Source of the DNA: a bacterium
GTDB lineage: Bacteria > Margulisbacteria > WOR-1 > O2-12-FULL-45-9 > XYB2-FULL-48-7
Length of the DNA stretch: 64,000 bases
Direction of reading: 5' to 3'
NCBI GenBank assembly: GCA_043812655.1
Contig: JBDRLW010000008.1
Coordinates: 58,384 to 122,383, forward strand
The notes beneath the pieces are model-generated. The model saw nothing but the letters and a program-made list of their open reading frames with translations. It ran no database searches and had not been told where the DNA came from. Positions 30,295 through 42,891 of the stretch are shown piece after piece. The position numbers and the translations under genes are program-made. Position 1 is the stretch's first letter; the number at the start of each line of letters is the position of its first letter.

Positions 30295-30915
30295 ATGTAC
30301 GTAGGATTAGGATCTGTTGGCAGAAAAATATATCATACGATTCCACAAGTAGCGCGACCCATGGTCAGAAAGGCCTTTGCCCTTTTAAATAAAGGGATTT
30401 TTTATCCCCCTCTCCCAGAAGAAAACAGCGCTAATCTTTTAAATTTTACTTCCCAAAATCACGGTATAAAACGCGAAGCCCTGGAAGCCGCGGTTAAAGC
30501 GGCCGGTTTTAAAAGCGTCTGGGAGGTTAAGGCTTGGATGCACGCCATCGATAACGAATATGATCCGGCGATCGCCGATTTCAGCGCCAGCTTTCAACCA
30601 GGCAAAGAAGCCAAACTGGATAATATCCGATCTAATGTACCAAGAAATAATTTTGGATACGTTGTCTTTTGCATTTTTATCAGCCGGATATTTAATGATA
30701 ACCGATCAGCCATTAGGACCTTCTCTGTTTCCGCTTTAACTAGCCATGGCAAAGATTTGTTCGCTAAGGCAGAGAAAAATAAATTTATTAGGCAGGTCTC
30801 TTCCGACTTTGGCAGAATGACTTGGTCGGTTATCGCCAATCCTCTGGAAGTAGCAAAATATAGGATCTCCAATTTGCCATTAGCTGTCAGACAAGCTATC
30901 GCCGATTTAAATTAA
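30295..30915 (+). CDS. Hypothetical protein, antisense between iscU and mnmA
   Basis: 206 aa ORF with SD AAGGAG filling the gap; no family recognised. Confidence 0.6.
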   Translation: MYVGLGSVGRKIYHTIPQVARPMVRKAFALLNKGIFYPPLPEENSANLLNFTSQNHGIKREALEAAVKAAGFKSVWEVKAWMHAIDNEYDPAIADFSASFQPGKEAKLDNIRSNVPRNNFGYVVFCIFISRIFNDNRSAIRTFSVSALTSHGKDLFAKAEKNKFIRQVSSDFGRMTWSVIANPLEVAKYRISNLPLAVRQAIADLN

Positions 30916-31346
30916 TGGCCGTGGTCTTCGAGCGGCTCTTCGTGGGGCTTAAATCCGGGGAGTCCCTTCCCCGTCGTCTTCTTTAAGTAATCGTCGATCG
31001 CCGCCTTGACCGCTTCTTCGGCCAGAACAGAGCAGTGCATTTTTATCGGCGGGAGACCGCCTAAAGCTTCCGCTACCGCTTTGTTAGTAAGAGATATCGC
31101 TTCTTCTAGCGACTTCCCTTTGATCATGTCGGTCGCCATCGAAGAAGTCGCGATCGCCGCGCCGCAGCCAAAGGTCTTAAACTTAACATCCGTAATGATA
31201 TTGTCTTTAACTTTTATATACATTTCCATGATGTCGCCGCAAACGGGATTCCCGACATGGCCAATGCCGTCGGGATTTTCCATCTCCCCCACATTGTGCG
31301 GGTTTTTAAAGTGTTCCATTACCTTATTACTATAGCCAGCCGGCAT
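30912..31346 (-). CDS. iscU: Fe-S scaffold IscU/NifU-N
   Basis: GNPVCGD, FKTFGCG and LPPIKMHCS motifs. Confidence 0.93.
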   Translation of the reverse strand: MPAGYSNKVMEHFKNPHNVGEMENPDGIGHVGNPVCGDIMEMYIKVKDNIITDVKFKTFGCGAAIATSSMATDMIKGKSLEEAISLTNKAVAEALGGLPPIKMHCSVLAEEAVKAAIDDYLKKTTGKGLPGFKPHEEPLEDHGH

Positions 31347-31347
31347 A

Positions 31348-32535
31348 TTATTTCCCCCCTTTTTTGTATAACGGCGACATCGCTCTTAGCTTTGCCACAA
31401 TTTCCGGCAAAGTTTTAATGATTTTGTCGATCTCTTTCTCTGTTGTCGCTTTGCCAAGGGAAAATCGCAGCGAACCGTGGGCCGCTTCGTGGGAAAGCCC
31501 GATCGCCAGCATAACATGAGAAGGTTCAAGAGAACCAGAAGTGCAAGCTGAACCGGTTGAGGCCGCGATCCCCAGCATATCAAGATTAAGGAGCATCGAT
31601 TCCCCTTCAACATAACGAACGCTGATATTTACATTGTTCGGCAAGCGCAGGGTCGGATGGCCGTTTATATGCGTGTCAGGAATTTTTTCTAGTAATCCTT
31701 TGATCAATTTATCTCGCAACACCGTTAGTTTTTCGCTTTCCGCTTTCATTTCTTGCCCTGCGATCTCCGCCGCCACGCCAAAACCAACGATCCCCGGCAC
31801 GTTTTCGGTCGAACCCCGCCGCCCTTTCTCTTGCGCCCCACCATGGATAAGGGGAGTCAACTTCGTCCCTTTCTTAATGTAAAGAACCCCTACCCCTTTT
31901 GGGCCATATAACTTGTGGGCCGAGATCGATAAAAGATCAACGCCAAGCTCATTAACATTGGTCGGAATATGTCCCGCTGTTTGGACCGCATCTGTGTGAA
32001 AATAACTCCGAACTCCCAACTCCCTGCTCCTAATTTTGATCGCCTTCGCAATTTCCGCGATCGGCTCGATCGTCCCTATTTCATTATTGGCCTGCATAAT
32101 AGAGACTAAAATAGTTTTATCAGTGATCGCATTTTTTACCGACTCGGGACTGACTACCCCATACTTATCAACTGGCAGATAAGTAATCTCAAATCCATAC
32201 TTCTTCAAGAATTCACAACATTCCAAAACCGCGTGATGTTCGATCGCCGAAGTAATAATGTGGTTCCCTTTGTCCTTATTGGCAAAAGCGACGCCTTCGA
32301 TCGCAAAATTATCGGCTTCCGTCCCGCCAGAAGTAAAAACGATCTCCTCTGTCTTACAGGCTAACAAACTAGCCAACTGCTCCCTCGCCTTCTCTATTGC
32401 CGCCTTGGTCTCTTGGCCAAAATAGTGGATGGAAGACGGATTGCCATATTTGTCCGCAAAATATGGGAGTATCGCCTCGATGGCTCGAGGATCAGTCGGG
32501 GTTGTCGCCGCGTAGTCTAGATATATTCGTTCCAT
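31348..32535 (-). CDS. iscS: Cysteine desulfurase (IscS/NifS)
   Basis: YLDYAATT, SAHKLYGPKG and STGSACTS motifs. Confidence 0.95.
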   Translation of the reverse strand: MERIYLDYAATTPTDPRAIEAILPYFADKYGNPSSIHYFGQETKAAIEKAREQLASLLACKTEEIVFTSGGTEADNFAIEGVAFANKDKGNHIITSAIEHHAVLECCEFLKKYGFEITYLPVDKYGVVSPESVKNAITDKTILVSIMQANNEIGTIEPIAEIAKAIKIRSRELGVRSYFHTDAVQTAGHIPTNVNELGVDLLSISAHKLYGPKGVGVLYIKKGTKLTPLIHGGAQEKGRRGSTENVPGIVGFGVAAEIAGQEMKAESEKLTVLRDKLIKGLLEKIPDTHINGHPTLRLPNNVNISVRYVEGESMLLNLDMLGIAASTGSACTSGSLEPSHVMLAIGLSHEAAHGSLRFSLGKATTEKEIDKIIKTLPEIVAKLRAMSPLYKKGGK

Positions 32536-32577
32536 AGCTATAATTTTAGCATTTATTCGTCTATTTTATAAGGCTGG

Positions 32578-32802
32578 TCATATTTTTGAGACAGCATTGA
32601 TAAGGACATAGCCTTGAAATAGCGCAAAAATTAAATACCATTTGCGATAAAGTTCTATTTCATCTTTAATTTTCTCGGTCGTTACTCGGTACGGGGAAAT
32701 AACCAGCGTTTCCGCTGATATTTCTTGGCTAGCCGGAAGAATGACCATAGTATTAGCCAATAACATCAAGCTAAGCAAAGCTAAAATTATTTTTTTGCCC
32801 AT
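32578..32802 (-). CDS. Small membrane protein, tandem family member 4
   Basis: Signal-like N-terminus and C-terminal TM helix preceded by DEIELYRKWY. Confidence 0.6.
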   Translation of the reverse strand: MGKKIILALLSLMLLANTMVILPASQEISAETLVISPYRVTTEKIKDEIELYRKWYLIFALFQGYVLINAVSKI

Positions 32803-33044
32803 GTATCTATGGCTGCTCCTAATGCTATCGTTGCAATGGTCCAGAAAACCGCTTGTTGGATCGTATAAGCCCTGATCTCTTGCTCAAACCTGGCGGTCGA
32901 ATAATTTTGCTTCTCAATTATCACCCTTTTCGCCGTTGACGGCAGATGGATCACCGTTTCCCCAGTAACTGTAAGCGTTGAGGCCAGCGCTACAACAATG
33001 ACAAAAGAAATGAATTTATTATTTTTAACGTTTAGCCACTGCAT
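32787..33044 (-). CDS. Small membrane protein, tandem family member 3
   Basis: Same architecture; VTGET...QEIRAYTIQQAVFWT. Confidence 0.55.
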   Translation of the reverse strand: MQWLNVKNNKFISFVIVVALASTLTVTGETVIHLPSTAKRVIIEKQNYSTARFEQEIRAYTIQQAVFWTIATIALGAAIDTWAKK

Positions 33045-33309
33045 AGATCAACCCCGCCCCAAGTAGCGTCCAAATGATCGCGTATTGAACCCTAAAAACC
33101 TCGAATTCATCTTTTAATATCTTGGTGTTCACTTCGTAAGGGACTATTTTGATTATTTTTGTCCGGCCATCTAATGGGATGACCGTCACGTCACCATCAA
33201 GATGGATCTCTTTGGCCGCAGTTTCCCCAGTGACCAGCGCCAAAGAACCCCCGGTCAACATTAAATTCAACGCCAGGACCAAACTGATAACTAAACAAAT
33301 CACGCGCAT
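33025..33309 (-). CDS. Small membrane protein, tandem family member 2
   Basis: SD GGAGG before MRVICL; VTGET...DEFEVFRVQYAIIWT. Confidence 0.6.
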   Translation of the reverse strand: MRVICLVISLVLALNLMLTGGSLALVTGETAAKEIHLDGDVTVIPLDGRTKIIKIVPYEVNTKILKDEFEVFRVQYAIIWTLLGAGLIYAVAKR

Positions 33310-33316
33310 CTGTTTT

Positions 33317-33604
33317 CTACCTCCCCTTCGTATTAATATAAACAATAAAAGCGGTCACGATCCCCGTCCAAAGAAATAAATATTTGTACCTGAAATCCTG
33401 AAAACTCTCCGCTTCTTTTTGGAAATCTTTCTTTTCACAGACCAAAACCACATTTTCCACCCCTTCATCAATATAAATATGGTTAACTCCCTCTTGAGTT
33501 GAGGTTTGAACCGACGGCATTATTGCTTGAAGCGCTAAAGCGGGATTAACTATAAATAGTAAGCTCAAGGCCAAAGCCAGAAAAGCAGTAAAATTCTTAG
33601 CCAT
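33317..33604 (-). CDS. Small membrane protein, tandem family member 1
   Basis: Signal peptide; ESFQDFRYKYLFLWT before the C-terminal TM helix. Confidence 0.6.
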   Translation of the reverse strand: MAKNFTAFLALALSLLFIVNPALALQAIMPSVQTSTQEGVNHIYIDEGVENVVLVCEKKDFQKEAESFQDFRYKYLFLWTGIVTAFIVYINTKGR

Positions 33605-34403
33605 CTAATTTTTCGTTCATACTACCGGTCCGGTATCCTTTGAGGTCTAGCGTAACGTAAACATAACCAAGTGATTCAAACTTTTTAACGATCTGGTCCA
33701 TTATCCCCTGCTCCATCAGCTTGGGAACCGCTTCTTTATCAACTTCGATCCTGGCGATCGAGGCATGATGGCGGACCCGTAATTGTCCAAAACCGAGAGA
33801 CCTTAAATATTCTTCACCTTCAAAGATCATTTTCAGCACTGCTTCATCGATCCTTGTCCCATATGGGATCCTGGAAGCCAAGCAGGCCATTGCTGGTTTA
33901 TTATGGGTCGGCAAACCTGCTTCTCTTGATAACTGACGGATCTCATTTTTAGTAAAACCAAGCTCCTGGAGGGGACTCCTTATCCCAAACTCTTTCTTGG
34001 CGCGGCTACCGGGGCGAAAATCAGAAAGGTCGTCATGGTTGGAACCATCTAAAACATGGGGAAAGCCTTTTTCACTCGCCGTCTTTTTTAACTTGGCGAA
34101 TAATTCTTTCTTGCAGTAATAACAACGGTCTTGGGAATTAGCGATAAAGTTTTCATCGTCAAATTCTTCGGTCTTGATGACGAAGCAATTGGCATCGAGC
34201 TGGTCGGCCAGTTTGATCGCCTGTTCCACTTCTACTGTCGGATACGTTGCCGATTCAGCGATAACCGCCAAAACATTATTTTTACCTAAAACTGTCCTGG
34301 CCACATAGAGGAGATACGTACTATCCACCCCACCGGAAAAAGCGATCAAGGCCTTCTCGTAGGAAAATAATTTATTTTTTAGTGCTAACGCCTTGGTTTT
34401 CAT
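33597..34403 (-). CDS. larE: ATP-dependent sacrificial sulfur transferase LarE family
   Basis: FSGGVDST, RCYYCK, ACLASRIPYG and GYRTGSMN motifs; start at MKTKAL. Confidence 0.88.
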   Translation of the reverse strand: MKTKALALKNKLFSYEKALIAFSGGVDSTYLLYVARTVLGKNNVLAVIAESATYPTVEVEQAIKLADQLDANCFVIKTEEFDDENFIANSQDRCYYCKKELFAKLKKTASEKGFPHVLDGSNHDDLSDFRPGSRAKKEFGIRSPLQELGFTKNEIRQLSREAGLPTHNKPAMACLASRIPYGTRIDEAVLKMIFEGEEYLRSLGFGQLRVRHHASIARIEVDKEAVPKLMEQGIMDQIVKKFESLGYVYVTLDLKGYRTGSMNEKLDG

Positions 34404-34415
34404 GATTATTTTAAA

Positions 34416-34544
34416 GCCCTCATCCGCTGGCACTTGGGCAATCCCCCTTCTCCCATAGGGAGAAGGTAACACGCAAAAATAAAAAAGGGAATTACCCTCT
34501 CCCTCTGGGAGAGGGGGGCAAGGTTAGCGTTAGCGGGTGAGGGC
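34416..34544. repeat. Gene-less inverted pair of the DUF559-associated REP-like repeat (REPIN-like)
   Basis: GCCCTCATCCGCT...CCTTCTCCC-ATA-GGGAGAAGG, a spacer of about 28 bp, then CCCTCTCCC-TCT-GGGAGAGGG...AGCGGGTGAGGGC. Confidence 0.8.
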
Positions 34545-34554
34545 AATATATTCA

Positions 34555-35139
34555 TTACTTCGTCAAAACAAAGATCGCTTCTTCGGCAAAAAGGTTGGGG
34601 TAAAGATAGACGCGAAAATCACCATTAAGATACGCGTATTTCAAAACTTTTAATTTATTATTGCGGCAATATTCCCAAAAATCAAAAATAGTCAGGAAGT
34701 GGAGGTTGGGCGTATCGTGCCAGCGATAAGGGAGAGATTTGGTTACCGGCGAGCGGCCCAAGAAAAACATCTGACATCTAGCTTTTAAGGATGCAAAGTT
34801 AGAAAAGCCGATAATGACTTTATCCCCAACCCGCAATGCTTCCTTGATCACCGTATCAACCTTGATCACTTCCTGCATGCTCTGGTTCAAGATCACATAG
34901 TCAAAAGACTTGTCGGGGTATTCTGACAACCCGGTATCAATATCCTGGTGGGTAACGCTTAAGCCTTTCTCCACGCATTTAAAGATCGCTTCATCATTTA
35001 ATTCGATCCCCTGGACCCGCGCTTTTTTCGTTTTGACCAGCAGCGATAATAACTCGCCTGTCCCGCAGCCTAGGTCGAGGACTTTAGAGCCAGGCTTAAT
35101 GAATTTAGCAATAACCCGATGGTCAGGCCGGTCTTTCAT
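34555..35139 (-). CDS. metW: Methionine biosynthesis protein MetW
   Basis: VLDLGCGTG, LPYRWHDTPNLH; follows metX. Confidence 0.9.
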   Translation of the reverse strand: MKDRPDHRVIAKFIKPGSKVLDLGCGTGELLSLLVKTKKARVQGIELNDEAIFKCVEKGLSVTHQDIDTGLSEYPDKSFDYVILNQSMQEVIKVDTVIKEALRVGDKVIIGFSNFASLKARCQMFFLGRSPVTKSLPYRWHDTPNLHFLTIFDFWEYCRNNKLKVLKYAYLNGDFRVYLYPNLFAEEAIFVLTK

Positions 35140-36256
35140 ATTCCCCTCCGTAAAAAGTCTTGGCGACGAAATTTTTGACCAGCCGCGACTGTTCGGCCAC
35201 TTCAAGGAGAAAAGCGTCATGCCCATAGTTTGACTTCATTTCAAGATATGTGACATCGGCCTGTTTTCTCTTAAGGTGGCGGACAATTTCCTGCGATTGG
35301 TAAGCGGGATAAAGCCAATCCGACTTAAAAGCGATGACCATGAACCTGATCGGCGATTCGCTTACGCCCGGGATCATCCGGTCATCAGACAGGTCAAAAT
35401 AATCCATCGCTTTGGTCAAGTATAAATAAGAATTAGCGTCGAACCGTTTAACGAAATTATCACCTTTGTAGCGCAAGTAGCCTTCAACTTCAAACTCGGT
35501 CTTGAATTTAAAGCTTAGTTCTTTTTCCTTTAAGCGCCGCGAGAATTTTTCTTCCATCGACTTATCGCTCATGTAAGTGATGTGGCCGATCATCCGGGCG
35601 ACCGCCAGGCCGCGTTCCGGTTTTTGTTTGCCATAATAATTCCCGCCATTCCAGGCTTGGTCGGCCATTACCGCCTGCCGGCCAACCTCGTCAAAAGCGA
35701 TCTGTTGGGGAGAATGTTTAAAAGTCGCCGCGATCGGGATAATGCTTTGCACCTGTTTTGGATATGATGCCGCCCACTGCAAAGCTTGCATCCCGCCCAT
35801 CGAGCCGCCGACGACGCTAAGCAGTTTCTCGACCCCTAAATGATCGATCAATTTTTTCTGGGCCCGGATAATATCAGCGATCGTGATCAGGGGAAAATCA
35901 AGGGCATATGGTTTTTTCGTCTCGGGGTTGATCGACGATGGCCCGGTGCTCCCGCGACAGCCGCCGATAACATTGGAACAAATAACAAAATATTTGTCGG
36001 TATCGAACGCTTTTCCCGGTCCGATCATGGTATTCCACCAGCCGACCGAACCATCTTCCTCGGAGATCCCCGCCGCGTGGGCATCGCCGGAAAAAGCGTG
36101 CTCAATTAAGATAGCGTTGCTTTTAGCCTGATTTAATTTGCCGTAAGTTTCATAAGCCAGGGTTACCGGTCCCAGGAAGCGGCCGGAATCAAGGGTTATC
36201 CCGTCAAAGTTAAAATATTTGGCGCTGACTTTGCCTATGTTTCCTGAAAGAGCCAA
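35123..36256 (-). CDS. metX: Homoserine O-acetyltransferase
   Basis: [20 protein letters not shown] and YGHDAFL motifs. Confidence 0.93.
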   Translation of the reverse strand: MALSGNIGKVSAKYFNFDGITLDSGRFLGPVTLAYETYGKLNQAKSNAILIEHAFSGDAHAAGISEEDGSVGWWNTMIGPGKAFDTDKYFVICSNVIGGCRGSTGPSSINPETKKPYALDFPLITIADIIRAQKKLIDHLGVEKLLSVVGGSMGGMQALQWAASYPKQVQSIIPIAATFKHSPQQIAFDEVGRQAVMADQAWNGGNYYGKQKPERGLAVARMIGHITYMSDKSMEEKFSRRLKEKELSFKFKTEFEVEGYLRYKGDNFVKRFDANSYLYLTKAMDYFDLSDDRMIPGVSESPIRFMVIAFKSDWLYPAYQSQEIVRHLKRKQADVTYLEMKSNYGHDAFLLEVAEQSRLVKNFVAKTFYGGEYERPA

Positions 36257-37164
36257 GTTGATAAATACCTCTCTCCGCTATCAGGTAAAAGGACCACGAT
36301 CTTTTTCCCTGCCGACTCTGGTCTTTTTGCCACTTCCAACGCGGCCCACAGGGCGGCTCCGCTTGAGATCCCAACCAAAAGACCTTCTTCCTTCGCCGCT
36401 TGGCGGGCAATAATGCCTGCGTCATCCGAAGACACCTGTATTATCTCATCAATTACTTTAGAATTCAAAACCCCCGGCACAAAACCTGCACCGATCCCTT
36501 GGATCTTATGGGGTCCGGGCTGGCCGCCTGATAAGACGGGAGAGTCTTTCGGCTCAACCGCCATGACCTTAACCTCCGGCTTGTTTTGCTTCAAGATTTC
36601 GCCAATGCCGGTGATCGTCCCGCCTGTCCCAACACCAGCGATAAAAACATCAACTTCACCGGCGGTGTCATCCCAAATCTCCAGGGCCGTTGTCCGGCGA
36701 TGGATCTCCGGATTGGCCGAATTATTGAATTGCTGGGGGACAAAACTGTTGGGAATTTTTTTGGACAATTCGTCAGCTTTTTCGACCGCCCCCTTCATCC
36801 CCTTTGCCCCTTCGGTCAAAACCAATTCCGCGCCAAAGATCTTGAGCAGTTGACGCCTCTCTATACTCATCGTCTCCGGCATTGTTAGGATCAAACGATA
36901 ACCCCTGGACGCGCAGACAAAAGCTAACGCGATCCCGGTATTACCACTCGTCGGCTCAATGATCACGGTCCCCTTTTTAATCAATCCCGCTTTTTCTCCC
37001 GCCTCGATCATGGCCAGGCCGATCCGGTCTTTCACACTGGAAAGCGGATTGAAAGATTCAACTTTGGCTAAGATCGTGGCATTCAAGCCTTTAGTGATAT
37101 GGTTTAGCCGCACGAGCGGCGTCCGACCGATCGTCTGGGTTATATCATCATATATTTTTCCCAT
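36235..37164 (-). CDS. cysK: Cysteine synthase A
   Basis: [15 protein letters not shown] and HKIQGIG motifs. Confidence 0.95.
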   Translation of the reverse strand: MGKIYDDITQTIGRTPLVRLNHITKGLNATILAKVESFNPLSSVKDRIGLAMIEAGEKAGLIKKGTVIIEPTSGNTGIALAFVCASRGYRLILTMPETMSIERRQLLKIFGAELVLTEGAKGMKGAVEKADELSKKIPNSFVPQQFNNSANPEIHRRTTALEIWDDTAGEVDVFIAGVGTGGTITGIGEILKQNKPEVKVMAVEPKDSPVLSGGQPGPHKIQGIGAGFVPGVLNSKVIDEIIQVSSDDAGIIARQAAKEEGLLVGISSGAALWAALEVAKRPESAGKKIVVLLPDSGERYLSTWLFQET

Positions 37165-37177
37165 CGCTCTCTCCTTT

Positions 37178-38904
<1,727 letters not shown>

Positions 38905-39088
38905 GTTGGTAATACAATATAATAGAAGGAGAAATCAGTCAAGGGCGCTTTTTGACTATCTTGATTGTTTTAGTCGTGTTACGCTTTTAATGGTTTCCAT
39001 CGTCCAGAATGATAAGAAAGAATTGCAATCCTTGGTGGTATTTGATATTCTTTTAGACGAAGCAATTATGCTTTGGATGGATCGCCTA

Positions 39089-41731
39089 ATGGGAAAATGG
39101 CACATAAAAAATATTCAGGAAGTCGAAAAAGAGCTAGAAACAAGCATAACATCCGGGCTCAGTTTGGATGAAGCAGCAAATCGGCTTCAAAAGTTTGGCC
39201 CTAATAATTTAAAAGAGATCAAGAAAAGAACTCTCCTGACAATGTTTCTGGATCAATTTAAAGACTTCATGATCATAGTCCTCATCGCCGCCGCCATTAT
39301 TTCTGGTTTTATAGGGGAGGCGGTAGATACTATTGCCATTATCGTAATTATCATCCTAAATGCGGTTATTGGATTTATCCAGGAATATCGGGCCGAGAAA
39401 GCTATTGCTGCGCTTAAAGAGATGACCACTCCTACCGCTACCGTTATCAGGGAAGGAATGCCTAGGAATATTCCTGCTTCCGAACTTGTTCCCGGCGATA
39501 TGGTTGTCCTGGAAGCCGGCAAGATCGTTCCCGCCGACCTAAGAGTTACAGAATCCGCGCAACTAAAGATAAATGAAGCATCTTTAACTGGGGAATCTGT
39601 TCCAGTAGAAAAGCACCTTCAGGCTTTAATGGATCCCCTACTCCCGCTCGGAGACAGGAAAAACCTGGCATACAAAGGAACCATAGTTACCTATGGAAGA
39701 GGCACTGGGTTTGTGGTGGAAAGCGGCATGAACACAGAGTTGGGCCGAGTAGCAACACTACTTCAAGAGGAGGAGGAGGTAAAAACTCCACTGCAAAAAA
39801 GATTAGCCAAGTTTGGTCAGATACTTTCATTGTCTATCCTTCTCATCTGTGCGGTTGTTTTTGGCCTTGGTATTCTTAGGGGAGAACCGCCCCTCTTAAT
39901 GCTCTTGGTCGCTATTTCCCTGGCGGTTGCGGCTATACCGGAGGCTCTGCCGGCAGTGGTAACTATCTCCCTGGCTTTGGGAGCAAAAACCATGGCAAAG
40001 AAAAAAGCTCTTATCAGGAAACTTCCGGCTGTGGAAACACTGGGTTCCATCACTTATATTTGCTCGGATAAAACAGGGACGCTCACTCTTAATAAAATGA
40101 TAATAGAAGAGGCCTGGGCGGAGGGAAAGGAATTTAAGGCAAACGAAGTTAGCGCAGGATCAAGTCCTCTGGTTTGGTTGTTAAAGGGGCTAGCTCTCAG
40201 CAATGATGCTAAGGTAGACGCAGAAGGAAAGGTGATCGGCGACCCGACCGAAACAGCCCTCTTTTCCTTTTCAAAGGAAAAAGGTTTTGATAAGGCTGAA
40301 CTGGAAAAAGTTTTTATTAGGGCGGCCGAAATACCCTTTGACTCGGAAAGAAAATGTATGACCACCTTTCATAAGGGGGAGGAAGGATTTGTCTCTTTTA
40401 CCAAAGGCGCTCCGGAAACTTTAATTGAAAAATCAACCAAGGTCATTACCTCTGAAGGATTAAAGGCTGTCGACCGAAATATGATTTTGGCTGCCAACGA
40501 AAAAATGGCTGCTGACGGCTTAAGAGTTCTCTGCCTCGCTATGAAAAAATGGGAAAGCCTTCCCGAAAACATCTCTCCTGAAGATTGTGAAAAAGAGCTT
40601 ATTATTTTGGGCCTTGTCGGAATGTTAGATCCTCCCCGCGCTGAAGCAAAGGAAGCGGTAAGACAATGTAAAATGGCAGGAATAATCCCCGTGATGATAA
40701 CTGGCGACCACCCCTTAACCGCCAGAACTATAGCCGAAAGGCTAGGCATCTTAGAGAACAGTCCTGAAGCAATCATCACTGGAAGTGAACTTGAAAGATT
40801 ATCTTTGGATGAATTCGAAAAAAGAGTCGAACACATTAGGGTCTACGCCAGGGTTGCGCCCGAACAAAAGCTGAAAATAGTTAAAGCGCTCCAGGATAAG
40901 GGTCAGTTTACCTGCATGACGGGAGACGGAGTCAACGATGCCCCTGCTTTAAAGAGAGCTGATATAGGGGTAGCTATGGGCATCATTGGAACAGATGTGG
41001 CGAAAGAATCTGCTCACATGATCCTTCTCGATGACAATTTCGCCACTATTGTCAAAGCTGTAAAAGAAGGAAGAAGAATTTATGATAATATCCGCAAGTT
41101 CATAAAATACACCATGACCAGTAATTCTGGGGAAATATGGGTTGTCTTGCTGGCGCCGTTTTTTGGCCTTCCCATTCCCCTTCTCCCTGTTCACATTCTC
41201 TGGATAAACCTGGTTACCGACGGACTCCCCGGACTTGCCCTCTCTGCGGAACCGGCTGAAAGAGAAATCATGCGGAAGCCTCCTCGGCATCCAAAGGAAA
41301 GCATTTTTGCCCATGGCCTGGGCTGGCACATTATTTGGGTGGGGCTGTTGATGGGCTTTACTTCTATATTTACTCAAGCCTTTTCTCTGTCTTTAAAACT
41401 CCACTGGCAAACCATGGTTTTCACGGTTTTGTGTCTCTCTCAAATGGGGCACGCCCTAGCTATACGCTCGGAAAAAGAATCTTTATTCCGCCAGGGGTTG
41501 CTATCTAACAAGTCTTTACTGGGCGCAGTACTACTAACTTTATTATTACAATTGGCCACTATCTACCTGCCCTTCTTTAACTCTGTATTTAAAACTGAAC
41601 CCCTCTCGCCCGTAGAGCTTATAATAACCCTTATTCTTTCTTCAGTCGTTTTTGTCGCAGTCGAAATTGAGAAGATTTTTAAAAGAAGGAAACAAAATGC
41701 GATAACTAAAGAACAGGCTCCAATAATGTAG
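39089..41731 (+). CDS. Ca2+-type cation-translocating P-type ATPase
   Basis: TGES, IPEALP, DKTGT and MTGDGVND motifs; start moved to MGKWH. Confidence 0.92.
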   Translation: MGKWHIKNIQEVEKELETSITSGLSLDEAANRLQKFGPNNLKEIKKRTLLTMFLDQFKDFMIIVLIAAAIISGFIGEAVDTIAIIVIIILNAVIGFIQEYRAEKAIAALKEMTTPTATVIREGMPRNIPASELVPGDMVVLEAGKIVPADLRVTESAQLKINEASLTGESVPVEKHLQALMDPLLPLGDRKNLAYKGTIVTYGRGTGFVVESGMNTELGRVATLLQEEEEVKTPLQKRLAKFGQILSLSILLICAVVFGLGILRGEPPLLMLLVAISLAVAAIPEALPAVVTISLALGAKTMAKKKALIRKLPAVETLGSITYICSDKTGTLTLNKMIIEEAWAEGKEFKANEVSAGSSPLVWLLKGLALSNDAKVDAEGKVIGDPTETALFSFSKEKGFDKAELEKVFIRAAEIPFDSERKCMTTFHKGEEGFVSFTKGAPETLIEKSTKVITSEGLKAVDRNMILAANEKMAADGLRVLCLAMKKWESLPENISPEDCEKELIILGLVGMLDPPRAEAKEAVRQCKMAGIIPVMITGDHPLTARTIAERLGILENSPEAIITGSELERLSLDEFEKRVEHIRVYARVAPEQKLKIVKALQDKGQFTCMTGDGVNDAPALKRADIGVAMGIIGTDVAKESAHMILLDDNFATIVKAVKEGRRIYDNIRKFIKYTMTSNSGEIWVVLLAPFFGLPIPLLPVHILWINLVTDGLPGLALSAEPAEREIMRKPPRHPKESIFAHGLGWHIIWVGLLMGFTSIFTQAFSLSLKLHWQTMVFTVLCLSQMGHALAIRSEKESLFRQGLLSNKSLLGAVLLTLLLQLATIYLPFFNSVFKTEPLSPVELIITLILSSVVFVAVEIEKIFKRRKQNAITKEQAPIM

Positions 41732-41739
41732 CAAAGGAA

Positions 41740-41979
41740 ATTATTTTTTTTATTTTTCCGACAAAAACGTGGTATTCATCATTTTTTTCTTCCAGACCTA
41801 AATATTCATTGCCGGTATATTGGCACCAGGCCAGGATATCCGACTTTATCCCTTCATCGGTTGCGGTCACTTCTAAAACTTGACCAACCGCCAGCTCTTT
41901 TTATTTTCTGCGCTGTTTTAATGATCGGCACAGGACAAAGCAAGCCAAAACAATCTAGGACCATATCTGGCTTTATCAT
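41740..41979 (-). pseudogene. tusA: TusA/SirA sulfur carrier, frameshifted
   Basis: MIKPDMVLDCFGLLCPVPIIKTAQKIK, then one extra A near 41900, then ELAVGQVLEVTATDEGIKSDILAWC. The 3' end is uncertain. Confidence 0.75.
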
Positions 41980-42756
41980 TAAATAAAGTAGCTCACTTTC
42001 CCCTTAGCTGACCCGGTCGAAACCGCGATCCCCTCCATATTTAAGAACTTCGATATCGATTCGCCTTCAATAAATTCCGCGTAACCGCTGGCATGGCCAG
42101 GTAAACGCTGGGTCGGATGACCGGTGATAAAAAATATTTTAATTCTTTTGGGTAATTCGCTGATAAATTTATCTCGTAACGGGATCATTTTCTTAGCCCG
42201 CTCGCCCATTTCTAATTTTGCCAGCTCCGCCGCCTTGCCTATCCCAACTATACCTGGGATATTATGCTTCCCCGCCCGTCGTCCTTCTTCTTGCGTCCCG
42301 CTGATAATGAAAGGGATAATCCTCGTCCCTTTGCGTAAATAAAGAGCGGCAACTCCGGTTGGTCCGTAAAACTGGTTAGCCGATAAAGTCAAAGCATCAA
42401 CCTTTAGATCATTAACATCGATCGGAATGATCCCCGCCGTCTGCACCGCATCAATATGAACTTTAATCTCTCTGGACCCTGAACCCTGGACCCTGGCTAC
42501 TATTTCCTTGATCGGCTCAACCGTCCCAATCTCGTTACTGGCATGAGTAATCGTGATCAAAATTGTTTCGGTAAGATTGGCCCCAACTAGGTCGGCGACT
42601 TTTTGCCTGGCTTCCTCAATTGCCGCCAAAGTTGCTTGGCCAAAATCATGTAGATTTAAGGGGATTACCAAAAGAGCCTTTTAAATGCGACAGCATAGCT
42701 TCGACCACTCGGTCATCAACCGGGGTGTTAGCAATGTAAGCAAAATATAGAAACAT
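41979..42756 (-). pseudogene. Degenerate cysteine desulfurase paralogue
   Basis: MFLYFAYIANTP..FGNP, frameshift near 42660, internal deletion before TILITITHASNEIG, SANQFYGP, truncated after STGSA. Confidence 0.85.
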
Positions 42757-42843
42757 GTCCTATTTTACTCTAATACACTATTTATAATCAATAATTTTCT
42801 CAAAACCCCAGACTTTAGTCTGGAGCGTATATCCAGTTTCACC

Positions 42844-42879
42844 AAAAAAAAGGGCGCTTTGCAACACAAGAAGCGCCCT
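42844..42879 (-). terminator. Intrinsic terminator (duplicated with its gene)
   Basis: AGGGCGCTT...AAGCGCCCT plus U-tract. Confidence 0.75.
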
Positions 42880-42891
42880 CTTTTGTAAACT

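Noticed and set aside
38905..39088. SAM or yybP-ykoY riboswitch ahead of the met operon or the Ca-ATPase
   Set aside because: No consensus elements are visible, and the Rrf2 gene has almost no leader.
42802..42825. IS200/IS605-like end hairpin AAAACCCCAGACTTTAGTCTGGAG
   Set aside because: A single short hairpin with no tnpA/tnpB or partner end; insufficient to call an element.
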